The notes below the pieces were generated by a model. It was not told the DNA's origin. It saw only the letters and a list, made by a program, of their open reading frames with translations, and ran no database searches. From contig NC_087437.1 of NCBI RefSeq assembly GCF_036321535.1, positions 121,086,001 to 121,150,000 on the forward strand: 64,000 nucleotides of DNA, written 5' to 3'. Source of the stretch: Camelus dromedarius. Taxonomy: Eukaryota. This document shows, in pieces, positions 23,405 to 34,980 of the stretch; the first letter of the stretch is position 1, and every line of letters starts with the position of its first letter. Made by a program: the position numbers and the translations under genes.

Positions 23405-23800
23405 GGATGGTTAGTTTCATGTGTTAACTTGGCCAGGCCGTGGTGCGCGGTTGTTTGGGTAAACACGTCTGGATGTCACGGTAATGGCATTTCTTCGATG
23501 AGACCAACATTTAAATCAGGGGACTCCGAGTGGAGCAGACTGCCAGCCACAATGTGGGTGGGCCTGGCCCAATCAGTTGAAGGCCTTGAGGAAAGACTGC
23601 GGCCTCCCGAGGAGGAGCAGTTTCCACCAGCAGACTGTCTTTGCGCTCCAGCTGCAACGTCAGCTCTTCCCCGGGAAGCCTGCCCTCTAGATTGTGGACT
23701 TGCCAGCCTCCACCATCACGTGAGCCAACTCCTCAAAACAAATCTCTCTGCACACATACACATCTTACTAATTGTTCCCCTGGAGCGTGCTGACTAGCGC
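23405..23800 (+). mobile_element. MLT2 (ERVL) solo LTR
   Basis: gatggttagtttcatgtgttaacttggc...gtgggcctggcccaatcagttgaaggcctt...ggacttgccagcctccaccatcacgtgagccaa. Confidence 0.8.
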
Positions 23801-24295
23801 AGGCTCCCTTGTGCGGCACGAGGCTCTCCCCCTCCCAGCGTCTCTACGCGGAGGGAGCAGCCACCCTTGTGCCCAGGTCACTGGAGAAGGGCCGGCGCCG
23901 GCTTGCCAGAAGCTGTTTCTGCAGTGGGCTGTACACCTTCAGAGCAGGTGCTTTGTTAAACGGGGTCTCCTTTGTCCCCAGCAAAGCCCCAAGTCCCCCG
24001 TGTGCAAGGCCCGGTGCCTGGACACGTGCCCCACCACCTGTCCCTCACCAGCAGAGACACGCAGGGTCTCCCAAGTGAACAGGATTCTCTGGGCTGGAGC
24101 TGCTGGGGGACCGCGAGCACCGGAGGCCCAGGCAGAGTGAGGGAGGGCCTGGCTGGCCTAGCCTGATGGGGCTAGTGCCCTGGACGCGGCTCAGGGCCAG
24201 GCCTCAAAGCAGCCCAGCCCACACTCTCCCCCGAGCTCCTCCCCGCAGTTCGCACAGACATGCACTCGAGGCCTTGGAGAGGGCCTGGCAATGAC

Positions 24296-24301
24296 TTTAT
24301 T
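24296..24301 (-). terminator. AATAAA poly(A) signal of KRTAP10 copy 2
   Basis: About 270 nt after the stop. Confidence 0.7.
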
Positions 24302-24566
24302 TGTTAACAGACTGACCACCCACATGGGGCAGAACAAAATGCACAATCCAACAAGGATGGAGAGGAGGACACTTGGTGAGGTCAGAACTCGGAGGAAACT
24401 CGGGGCCAGCCCAGCGGGCAGTGAGGGCTCAGCCCAGGCAGCAGAAGTGAGGGGTTCTGGAGCAGAAGGAGCCCTGAGACTGGGCTCAGGGCTCCAGAGA
24501 TTTCAGATGGAAGTCAGAGTTGGTCCTAGGAGGAGCTGGGGACCTGCCCGGTCAGCAGCCGGACTT

Positions 24567-25232
24567 CTAGGCTGAGTCGGGGACGCAGGAGATGGGGCGG
24601 GAGCACCTGGGGCGGCAGAGCAGGGACACGCAGGAGGCCGGGCGGCAGCAGCTGGGCTGGCAGGAGGGGGCGGGGGCACAGCAGGCGGGTCTGCACACAG
24701 GGCGGCAGAGCAGGGACACGGAGGAGGAGGGTCTGCAGCAGGACGAGGGGCAGAGGGTGGGCTCACAGCACACGGGCCTGCAGCAGACGGGCCTGCAGCA
24801 CACGGGCCTGCAGCAGACAGGCGTGCAGCACACGGGCCTGCAGCACACGGGCCTGCAGCACACAGGTGTGCAGCACACGGGCCTGCAGCACACGGGCCTG
24901 CAGCACACAGGCCTGCAGCACACAGGCTCACAGGAGTCCTGCTGGCAGGGGGAGGAGGTGCAGCAGGAGGGCTGGCAGCTAGACTGTGGGCAGCACAAGG
25001 CCGTGCAGGAGCTGGTGCAGGCAGATGGGCAGGGGCAGGGCTCACAGCTCGCTGGGGCACAGAGGAGGCTCAGGCAGGGGGCCGGGGCACAGCAGGGGGG
25101 CTCGCAGCAGCTCTCTGGGCAGTCGTCCACCTGCCAGGAGGAGCCGGTGCAGGAGTCACAGGGACCGGGCAGGCAGACCCGGTTGCCGTAGCTCAGGTCA
25201 CCGGAGCAGGTGGACAGGGCGGGCGCGGCCAT
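24567..25232 (-). CDS. KRTAP10: Keratin-associated protein 10 family, copy 2 (221 aa; in TSPEAR intron 2)
   Basis: Intronless Cys-rich ORF with ten CC(R/T)PV units; Kozak accATGG; TATA upstream. Confidence 0.93.
   Translation of the reverse strand: MAAPALSTCSGDLSYGNRVCLPGPCDSCTGSSWQVDDCPESCCEPPCCAPAPCLSLLCAPASCEPCPCPSACTSSCTALCCPQSSCQPSCCTSSPCQQDSCEPVCCRPVCCRPVCCRPVCCTPVCCRPVCCRPVCCTPVCCRPVCCRPVCCRPVCCEPTLCPSSCCRPSSSVSLLCRPVCRPACCAPAPSCQPSCCRPASCVSLLCRPRCSRPISCVPDSA
24771..24920 (-). repeat. 10 x 15-bp coding tandem repeat (CC[R/T]PV), the longest array in the cluster
   Basis: cacgggcctgcagca-type units counted directly. Confidence 0.95.
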
Positions 25233-25325
25233 GGTGTGGGCGGTGGGGCTGGAGGAGGATGAGTGTGTGAGTGAGTGTGAGGGAGTGTGTGAGGGAGTGT
25301 GTGTGAGGGGCCGGGGCTGCCCACC

Positions 25326-25331
25326 TTTATA
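25326..25331 (-). promoter_or_regulatory. TATA box (TATAAA) of KRTAP10 copy 2
   Basis: About 95 nt upstream of the ATG. Confidence 0.8.
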
Positions 25332-27039
25332 GCCCTCCGTGTTGTGTGTTGTGCTTGGTGAAGTCTTTCCTTCCTTGTTGTTGTTTGGAGTGGCGCCGTG
25401 CTTGGGCAGCACTGGTCACTGTAAGTGCCTCTGGCTGGCGAGGCGGGGCTCTGCTGACCTGTGTCTGTTCCCGAAGGAAAGCCAGCAGAGCCCCTCTGGA
25501 TGCCATGGCAGAGACGGCAGCAGTCGGGCGGCTTTGTGATAGCGACACCCTCTGCTCCCCGGGGCGGGGGCCACTCTTGAAGGCAACACTTCTACTCCAA
25601 AGGAAGGGACCAGAGCGTCCAGTCCCAGAACCTGGGCTTTGAGAGAAGGAGATGTGTTCATGTTGGGCAGGTCCAGACGTGCTCGGCTGGCCTGGTCACG
25701 GGGCGGCGCGCACCTTGTGAGCTGGTGCTGCTGGTTGTCTAGGAGTCAAGGGGGCCTGTGTTTACTAAGGTTGAGCCCGGGGGCAGGCGAGGAAACGTGT
25801 CCTCCTTGGGGGCAGGGACCAGCCCCCAGAGGGGCAGGGACGCAGGTGCAGGCTAGAGCAGTGAGTGTGACCATGGGGGCAAGTGCGTTTTGCTTCACTG
25901 CAGCTTGAGCTTTTACAGAAGCTCCCCTGGACAGAGTCCTAATGCTCACACCTTCCTCCTCCACTCACAGCTCAGTCGGTATCAGGAGACTCCTGCAGCC
26001 TCTGGGTGCAAATTAGGACAAGATCTCCTCCCTGAGAATCCTGTCCACAGGCAGAAGGTCACTGAGATATGGTGGCTGTGCCCTGACCCTCTGCTGTCAG
26101 CTCCTGGAGTCTGTCACAGTGAACGCTCAGTGGCAGGGCCTGGCTGTCCATGGACCCTGACAACTTGGAGTGGCCTCTGCCCCAGTGCTTGGTCTACACC
26201 CGTGACTTAGTGAGCACATGACGTCTGGCCCTGGCCCCTGGTGTCCTGGCTCTTCAGCCACCATACTCTGCCAAGTCTCTGAGAGGCAAGGGCAGGGACC
26301 TTGGTGGTGCTCTGGGCTGAGGGCTCTGCAAAAGCAGGCCAGGGCTCCACAGAGGACTTGTTGGGGCCAGGGAGCTACAGGTGGAAGCCTCACTGACCTC
26401 TGACGGGCGGGGCTGGGGGCTCTGCTGGAGGACCACGCGGCAGTCAGACTGCTGTGGAGAAATGTTATCTCAAAGAGATCACAGCTTAAAATGGTCCAAA
26501 TGTGTTGAAAGACTTTAATCGACACATCCAGGAAGCTCAATGAACTCCAAATAAGACACATACAAAAAATCCACAATTCCAGCAAAAATGCTGAAAGTCA
26601 GAGGCAAGTAGAGAATGTTGAAAGCAGCAAGAGAAAAACGACGGGTCACTCAAGGGAAGCCCAGTAGAACGAACAGCTCACGTCCCATCAGACACAATGG
26701 AGACCAGGGACAGTGCGGCCACACAAACTGCTCAAAGCAAAAAGTGCCAATCAAGAATCCTAGATCCAACAAAGCTGTTTTTCAAAGTGAAGACAAAATT
26801 CATTCTTGAATAAATAAAAAATGAGAGAATTTGGTATTCACAGACTTGCCTTAATAAGACATACTAAAGGGAGTTCTTCAGGCTGAAAGCAAGTAATGCC
26901 AGACAGAAACCCTAATCCACAGAAGAAAACAAAGGGCACAGTAAAGGCAACTGGGTAATTACAAAGGGCCAGGCAGATGCGTGTTTTCTCTCGTTTCTTC
27001 TCTTACTTGATTTAAAATAATTTATAAAACAATATATGT

Positions 27040-27730
27040 ATGGAATACAGGACAGAAATTCCTTAAAAAACGAAAAGTAGATTTACCCTATGATCCAGCA
27101 ATCCCACTCCTGGGCATACATCCAGAGGGAACTCTAATTCAAAAAGNNNNNNNNNNNNNNNNNNNNNNNNNNNNNNNNNNNNNNNNNNNNNNNNNNNNNN
27201 NNNNNNNNNNNNNNNNNNNNNNNNNNNNNNNNNNNNNNNNNNNNNNNNNNNNNNNNNNNNNNNNNNNNNNNNNNNNNNNNNNNNNNNNNNNNNNNNNNNN
27301 NNNNNNNNNNNNNNNNNNNNACCTGGAGATAATCATTCTAAGTGAAGTCAGCAAGAAAGAGAAAGAAAAATGCCATGTGTTATCACTCATATGTGGAATC
27401 TTAAAAAAGATAAAAGAAGACAACACTGATGAACTTATTTACAAAACAGAAACAGACTCACAGACGTAGTAAACAATCTCATGGTTACTGGCAGGAAAGG
27501 TGAGTGGGATGGGATAAATTGGGAGTTTGAGGTTTGCAAACATTAACTAGTATATACAAAATAAACAACAAGTTTCTTCTGTAGAGCACAGGGATCTGTA
27601 TTCAATATCTTGCAGTAACCTATAAGAAAAAAGAATCTGAAGAGGAATAGATGTCTGTATATGGCTGACTGAAACAGGCTGCACACCAGAAACTGACACA
27701 CTGTAACTGAGTCTACTTCAATAGAACAAA
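27040..27730 (+). mobile_element. Younger artiodactyl-type L1 3' end (contains the N gap)
   Basis: tatgatccagcaatcccactcctgggcata and ttatcactcatatgtggaatctt...acaaaacagaaacagactcacagac...gggataaattgggagtttg. Confidence 0.8.
27147..27320. other. Assembly gap (174 N)
   Basis: Run of N seen directly. Confidence 0.99.
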
Positions 27731-28479
27731 ACAATGTAAGTATAAAACAATTGTAATGAATAATCTATAGAAATGTAATACATCTGACAGCATCCGCACA
27801 ATCAGGGCCACGGGAGCAAAGCTGTGCTGCGGAGAAAAATGCCGCAGATGGTAACTCGGATGCACACGGGAGTGGAGGGAACCAGAAACAGTACAAAGGT
27901 TAGGGTAACAAAAGCTATAAATACACGCTTACTTTCCCTTCTTCTCTAGGCTTCCTAAAAGTCATCAAAGCATATTAAGTAATAATTATAACAGTATTGT
28001 TGGATGTTTAACATTTTAAGATGTAATTTTGTAACATCAAGACCACAGAAAGGACTGGAAGGAATGGCGATGCATAAAAAAGGAGCCACATTTCACACGT
28101 CACTGTAATTGAATTAGTACAAGCTGGAAGTTATTCCGATAAGTTAAAGTAAGTATGTGGTGGGCCCTAGAGCAAACATTCAGGGAAAACTTAAAGCTAT
28201 GGTAAAAAAAAATCATTAAAGAAATAAAACCGCTACCGTGGAAGATAGTCACTAAATGCAAAAGAAAGGAGGAGGAGAGGGACAGCTACAGAAAGGCGGG
28301 AGACACAGGAAACGAAAGGATGAACCGCGGGTGTAAATCCAGCCAAAGGTAACGCTCGTTACTACGTTGTGTTAACGTGACCGCAAGCACCGAGTTAGCG
28401 AACACTGGACCGTCGCTCCTAAGGGAGGTAAAGACTTAGCTCCCATGAGCCTCTGGTCTCACGTTTGTCAGCTAATGCG

Positions 28480-28820
28480 TACAGAACCCTGTTTGTGTGT
28501 GTCTAGGAAAAATGCACTGTGTTTTCCTTTACTCTCACACATCGTGCTTCCGACACCAGACACGTGGGCTTTTCCCTCCCCAGCAAATTCTCTGACCATC
28601 CAGAGGGGTGTGTACAAGTCAGTTCAGTTCTGCCCCTAAGCAGAGTTGGTGCAGACCTGGCAGGTTAGGTCTCGGCCCCACGAGACTGCCCCCCACTTCA
28701 GATGCCAAGGGCAAGTAGCAGGTCCCCAAGTTACCCACAACTTCTGCCCGACTTGCTTGCCAGCTGGAGGTTCTCATGACCCCCTTCTCAGCTTGCACAG
28801 TTTGCTACGGGAGCTTGCAG
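28480..28820 (-). mobile_element. MER21-like LTR fragment
   Basis: cttccgacacca...gactgccccccacttcagatgccaa...caggtccccaagttacccacaacttctg. Confidence 0.65.
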
Positions 28821-28829
28821 ACCCCGAGA

Positions 28830-29265
28830 GATGGTCTCCAGAACCCCCACCAGCAGCACAAGGATATTCCTCTTCAGAAGTGCCTGCGGGACATTATCTA
28901 GGGGAGAACCTTTGCTGAGACGTAAAACAAACCTCAGTAAGTTAAAAAGGATAGAAATAACACAGAGTGTGTTCTCTGACCACAATGGAATGAAATTAGA
29001 AATTAATAACAGGAAAAAATTCAGGAAACTCATAAATATGTGGAAACTAAACAATACACTCCTAAGTAACCAAGTAGTCAAGGGCACCAAAAGGGAGTTA
29101 TTAAATCCTTTGGGAGTAATGAAAACAGAGATCAAAACACCAGAACTCACGGGTGCAGCCAAAGTGCTTCTTAGAGAGAAATTTATAGCTGCTAAGTCTC
29201 TATATTAAGAAGAAGAAAGGTCTCAAATTAATACCCCAGTCTTCCACTTTAATTAAAAACAAGCA
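28830..29265 (+). mobile_element. L1 ORF2 endonuclease-region fossil
   Basis: Translates to FSDHNGMKLEINN...WKLNNTLL, an L1 ORF2p signature; truncated. Confidence 0.9.
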
Positions 29266-30225
29266 GTTGTGTCCAGCACCGCCAACCGCCGTGCGCAGCC
29301 CCGACCACGGCCCGCTTCAGCACGTGCTAATCGCTGACTTGCGTCCTTTGTGTGTGTGTGAGTTGCATGTACGTGACTCGTGTCTCAGTACACCTGCTAC
29401 GAAGCCACTGGGCATGACAGGAGATGAAGAGACGAAGCGTGCAGTGGGGGCTGTGCTTCCGGTGACCCCCAGGTTGGGGTCTTGTTCAAGAAAGGAGGTG
29501 ACAGGACACAGACTTTAACCTGAAAGCTGGAATTTACAGAGAAAAAGAAGAAAATGGAAATTATAGAACTGAAAATTCAATGACTGGAGTTGGAAGCTCA
29601 GCAGCCGGACTGGAGGGAAGGAAAGGAGAGGCGGTTCGCGAGCAGAAGTCCCAGGATGGAATCCGTCAGGACGGGATCCAGTTGACAGGAACCCAGGAGG
29701 GAGCATCACGGCTGGGGGAGAATCGAGGATCCTGACTTGGAGAGGTAGGGACGTGCTGCACGTCTATGAAGTGCCCTGTCCTGGAACCCGGGGGGCAGAC
29801 CTGCAGGGGTGCCTCTGTCCTTGCAGGGGAGTGGGGAGTGTCAGCTGGACCTGGGGCGGACAGGACTGTCATCCACAGCTAAACAGACCCCAGACGGGTA
29901 TGTTTCTGTTACTTCGATTACATTTCCTGTTAAAGGATGTCCCTAAAAACTCCGAGCATGATCCCCAGCCTTTGACAGTTTAGCACACTGGAAAATTGTA
30001 ATTGCTGGAACTACCAGTCCAAACCCCTGGCCAGGGGTCACACGGGCCCTGCCCCCACACTCGAAGGGTGGGGACCTCACCATCTGCCGAGGCCGGCCGC
30101 TCTCGGCCCCTTGACCGGTGCGGTGCCGCCCTCGGGGTCAGCCGTGCCCTTCACATGCTCGAGCACTGAGACCACAGAGGAACGTGGGAGGGACGCCCCC
30201 AGGGAGGGCGGGCAGGGCCACTGAC

Positions 30226-30446
30226 CTTAGGCGGAAGACTCGGCGCTTTCAAGGTCACGACGATGGAGAACTCTTCAGGGAAGAAGTCGCATCTGAAGAA
30301 GACCCTCGACGCAGGGAAGCTGAGGGCGCGGGGGGCAGCGGCCAGCAGCTGGAGTCCTCGCGCGCCCTGGACCTGCACCACCCTGATCCCGGCCGCAGCG
30401 CCATCCGGGGGGACCGCCTCTGCCAGGATGTCCAGCGGCCGCAGGT
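30226..30446 (-). CDS. TSPEAR: TSPEAR exon 2 ([12 protein letters not shown]...[19 protein letters not shown]), 221 nt
   Basis: Acceptor acacag|, donor |gtcagt. Starts in phase 1, so exon 1 (signal peptide) must lie beyond the window end. Confidence 0.97.
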
Positions 30447-30959
30447 CTGTGTCGAGGAAACCACAGGTGGGTTATGTCTACGGGGTGGCCGCCATGGGTG
30501 TGCCGGTCCCTGGCCCCAGCATTTTACAGCGGCCTCGCGGGAGCCCCTGGGAGCTGGGGGTCAAGACTCTCCCACCTACTCAGCGAGGACGCCAGGACTT
30601 AGCCGCCCGCGTGGGCCTGCCTGCGGCCCCTCATCCCCAGCCCTCCCCCACCCACCCCCTGGGCTTCGCACATTCCCTGTCCCTGGGGTTTCAGGTCCAC
30701 CGCCAGGCCCTGTGCTGGGTGTGCGGGAGCAGCCCATCCCTGGGACACGCGTCCGGGGGAAGGTGGTGGTGGGCGAGGCCCTGCGCAGTCGCTGCACACG
30801 CAAACTTCCCTGGTTTCCTGCTTAATCCCGGGAGAATTCGTTCCTCACTTTCTTGGGGCGGGAGGGACACCCCACATACTGCGTCTTGTTTGCAAACTCT
30901 GTGTGAGGGAGGGTTAAAAAATCCCTTCTGAGAAATTAAAAAAGAAAAAGGCAAAGAAA

Positions 30960-32200
30960 GAAAGCAAGGGCTCACACACGTGACGCGCCGGGGTCTGGGA
31001 CGCGACACGCACGCCCTCCCCCGCCCCGAGCCAGGGGTCTGCGCCGCGGCCCGGCCAGGAGCTGCTGGCGGAGGAGGCCCTGGGCTCCGCCCTGGCACCG
31101 GCGCAGCCTCCCCCACACGTCGTAGAGGAGCAGCGAGGCCCCTGTTCTGAGGTTCAGGGTCATCAGAAACAAACCGCCCCTGAGGCCAGACGACAGGAAA
31201 GGAGAGTGCGGAGCCCGGGGAGCATCTGCGACTCGTGGTGGGGGCGCAGCCACGGGAGGGAAGCGCCGGCTTGGAGCAGAGCCTGCGGCCACCCCTTGGA
31301 CCCCTCCAGACCTGCCACCACCGCGGTCAGGCCGGGCCCCGGGGGAATGACGGGCACGTGTGAATGAAACAGCCATCCCCCGGAGCTGTCTCCCTCGGGG
31401 CCTGGCGGTCCTGCCAAGGGGCCCGGAGCCCGCGGTCAGCGCGCCACCGGGACGGTCAGCAAGGCCAGCGGGGCTGCGCCGCCACCGCGCCCCCACCGTG
31501 CGGCCAGCAGGTGGCGCTGCTGCGCCCGGGGCCGGCGCGTCGCACCCTGGCGGATGGAGCCGAGACAGGGATCGAAGTTAGGAAGGAAAAACGGTTTCCC
31601 CGAAACAGGAGTTCAGGGAAAGACACTGAGTTCCAAGGAGCGAGGAGGAGACAGCAGCTCAAGGTCAGAGTGGAAACGGGAGGGGAAGGTCAGTGGGCAG
31701 AGGGCCCAGGGCAGCCCTGGGAGGCGTGGGACCAGGTCGAGGGGACAGAGGGGTTCGTGTCCAGGACGCATGGCCAACGTGGGAGAGTGGTCGGGCTGGG
31801 CCCGGGCTCCAGGCCGGAGTCCTCGCTGGCTCCCTCCCGGGTGCCCAGCGCGCTGCGGATGCGGAGTGTGTGCGGGGCCCGGAGCCCGCAGCCCGGACCC
31901 CGCAGCCTGGGGCTCGGGCAGGGATGCTGACGGCTGCCTGTGCCGTGGGAGGCGCCCGCAGGGTGCGGACGAGCCCGGCGCTGCCGCCGCCGAGCGGCCG
32001 CCTCGCGTGCGCAGAGCTGGACGCCGGCCCAAGGCTCACACCGGCCGGGGGAGCGTCGGGGACACAGGGACGAGCAGCCTGAGCAGTGTCGGGGAGGACG
32101 CCGTGCACTGCCCTCCGCGGGCCCGCTGTGAGTTCGTGTGGTCGCTGATGCCGCTGAAAGCCAAGAGCAGAGGGCGAGCGGACGGCAGGCTTCCGCTGTA
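30960..32200. promoter_or_regulatory. CpG-island-like region at the 3' end of TSPEAR intron 1
   Basis: Dense CpG (for example 7 in 31021-31080), CACGTGAC at 30977 and a GC box near 31018-31027. Density estimated by eye. Confidence 0.5.
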
Positions 32201-33009
32201 GCTAAACTGAGCAGCCCAGGCTCTGAACTCGGACGCCCCTGCATGTCCAGGGTGGGGATGTCCTGGAGGCCGCCGTGTGTGTCCCGGGGGCGGGGTCCAG
32301 ATCCACGCCCCTGCAGAGTCTGGCATCTGGGGGTGGGAGCGTGGTCTGTGCTCGGGAGCGGACCCTGACCCAAGTCTTGGGCTGGCCGTTCGGGGAGATG
32401 GGGGGTGGGGGGCGAGATTCCCTGTCCTGTGGAGCTGTGCCTGGGTGGGGTCCCTGGAGAGCACGGCTCTAAGTAAATGCCACCTATTCTAAGTTCACCC
32501 CAAAGTTGAGACACACATACAGGGTGCACGGGCCCTGCCTGGCAGTGGGCCTGCCGTCTCGGTTTTAGCTGTGGCCACACCAGGGTCTGGCCCCTCCGCA
32601 AGGCAGGCCACCCGGTTCCCGGGACATGCCTCATCCTGGCCTGGCCCCAGGCACAGGCAACTGGGGGGACCCCAAATTCGGCTAATCCTGTGTGAGCCTC
32701 TCCCTCCATTGTTTAACTAAAATAGCCTCTTCCTGGTCCCACCCCTCCCGCCCCAACCAGCGCAGGCACGGCGGTCTCTGCTTTGACAGGCACTCCGTCC
32801 ACGCGGACTCGCCCCATTGGTGCCTTGTCCACATGCTGAGCAGGGGTTTTTCCAGGTTAATGGAGGCGATGAGTTTGTCCCTTCTTGGGGAAGTCCCGCT
32901 GGGTGCAGGCGTGAGTGAGTGACTGCGTTCACAAAAGCCCCAGCCGTCTCAGGACATTCAGATGCACAAGTGATAAACTCCCACAAATTAATTCTGATCC
33001 ATGGGAGAC

Positions 33010-33420
33010 ACATTCACTAGCACCTGCTGGACTCATGCTGAGAGTCTGAACAGACAGATGGACAATGGCCAGGCCGGATATCTGAAGCCAGAGATGTCTG
33101 ACCTACAACCACGGCAGACACCAGCCCAGGACAGCCAGAACCTGGCCCATGACCCCCAGCTTCCCTAATTCTTTGTCCCCACTTCTAAGTCAGGACCAAG
33201 TGGAGAAAACCCGATGTGTCCCCGAACCCATCACACCGGACGCCCCCTTCCAGTCAGCTACCCCCAGCGTCCCCACGCACTAGGCCCCATCAGGCGACAC
33301 CTGGGCCTCCTTCTCCCCTTGAAGCCATGCCCATCTGAGTCTGCCAAACCCAGGTGAGGGTGGCGGAGCCCCTGCCACGGCCAGCGTGGAAGAAACAGCC
33401 TGTGTTCACGCCCATGTGGG
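33010..33420 (+). mobile_element. ERV1-class LTR fragment (MER31/MER67-like)
   Basis: ccagcttccctaattctttgtccccacttctaagtcaggaccaa motif. Confidence 0.5.
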
Positions 33421-33589
33421 AAGTGATCGTTTATTCCACAAAGTCTTATGAAACGGCAGTTTCTGAAATGGATTGTGGTTGCCCTCGGGTGCTGATAATT
33501 TAGCAGAGAGGATGTGGTAGCCACAGAGAGATGAACCCAAAGCTGGCGACATGCATGGTCCTCAACTAGACCCCAGCACCTTAAGATCT

Positions 33590-33690
33590 GGCCCGAGACT
33601 GACTCGCTGCACCCCTCTGAGCCTCAGTCTCCTCACCTGTGAAATGGGAGGGTGGTGACTGTCCTGTCAGGGCCTCAGCTGAGCTGGAGA
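33590..33690 (-). mobile_element. MIR core fragment
   Basis: ctctgagcctcagtctcctcacctgtgaaatggg. Confidence 0.7.
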
Positions 33691-34639
33691 AAGAGCTGAG
33701 CCCCCAGGCGTCGCAGGAGCCGACCACAGCGGAGGCCACGCGGAGCAGCGAAGGCCCTAACCCCACACTGCGGTGGTGTGAGTGAGACCCCGTCCTCCCC
33801 ACAGAAGGGCACCTGCGGGGGTCATACCTGAGAGCCCAGGGCAAGAGCAGTTTGATGAGCTCTGGGGCCGGGGCAGGGTGGGAGGAAGGGCTGGGAGTGG
33901 AGAAGGCCTCTTCACAAGGAGGCCTGAGAGGAGGCTCCAGGGCCGGAGTGCAGCCGTGCGTGGGGCTGGTGGGCCTGAGACCCTGATGCGCACCTCTCGG
34001 GACGGCAGTGCCCTGGCTGTGCCCCAAGCTGGGGTGGGGCCACTTCCCTGTGGGCCCGCGGGGAGCCCTCACCTGTGGGCGGGCCTGCTCCATCATGCGT
34101 AGGATTTTTGGCAGGGAGCCAGGCTCCTTGTGCCCCAGAGTAAGTCCTGGAGGGGCTCTCTGCGCTGGGGCCTGTGAAGACCAAGGTTATAAGGGAGGGG
34201 CCGACTGTGTGTGAACCACAGGCCCGCAGCCAGATGGACACCAGCCAGCTTCACACGGTCTCTGGGGTGGGCCCCTCCACTGGGAGTTGGGGGGGAGAGT
34301 GAGCCATGGCCAATAAAATCCTTTTTACTTTGGATTTTGTTGAGTTCATTGGGTGCCCAGGGACCAGGGCCACCCTGGGGGCATTATAAGGGATGACACT
34401 GCTGTAGTAACAGAACAGTCCAGTTTGGGCCCAAGAAGAGGCAGGTGGACCGTGATGGGGAGATCCGAGAGCTCAGAGACCCACAGGTAAGCAGGCTGAC
34501 ACGTGGTCCAGGCACCGTGCAGATCAGTGGATGGTGATGGGAGAAATGGGCTTTGGTGGGGAGAAACGCCAGGCTGAATTCCTCCCTGAGCAGGACACGT
34601 GTCATCACCCCCAGGCGGTGTGGAAGGTGAAACTTCCAA

Positions 34640-34980
34640 GTTAGAGGGAGGACTGGGGGCTGTCTTTGTGGCCTGGGGTTAAGGAAGATTTCTCAACTGG
34701 GACACACACCATCAGAAAGAAGCTGGCACATTTGCTCACGTCAAAACAAGAATTTCCACTCCAGAAAGGACACCGTGGGCTGTGCTGTGGTTGCAGGACA
34801 GAGTGGGAAAGGGGTCTGCATTCCACAAACTGACAAGGGGCTGACACCCAGAACAGTGGCAAGGAGAACCTAAGAACGATCCTTACCCTCAAAGCAGGCG
34901 ACCTAAGAGAGGAGCAAGCCAGACGCGGCCAGAGCCAAGGCTAACACGGCAGAGAAATGCACGGTAAAACAGCGACGAGC
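34640..34980 (+). mobile_element. Degenerate L1 ORF2 C-terminal fragment
   Basis: gaagatttctcaactgggacac...gtcaaaacaagaatttccactccagaaaggacacc...cagagtgggaaag. Confidence 0.55.

Larger units (their letters stand above)
26460..28420 (+). mobile_element. Old L1 (ORF1 end and inter-ORF region) interrupted by a younger L1 3' end
   Basis: ORF1-like catccaggaagctcaatgaactccaa, gaaagcagcaagagaaaa and ctaaagggagttcttcaggctgaaag; degenerate. Confidence 0.75.

Noticed and set aside
24771-24920. CRISPR-like repeat array
   Set aside because: Head-to-tail 15-bp coding units with no unique spacers, in a mammalian genome.
28831-29208. 125-aa ORF as a host gene
   Set aside because: It is a decayed L1 ORF2 endonuclease fragment, truncated on both sides.
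34180-34330. TTATAAG followed about 125 nt later by AATAAA, considered as a degenerate extra KRTAP
   Set aside because: There is no Cys-rich ORF remnant between or near them. The spacing fits an old LTR better, but the family could not be identified.
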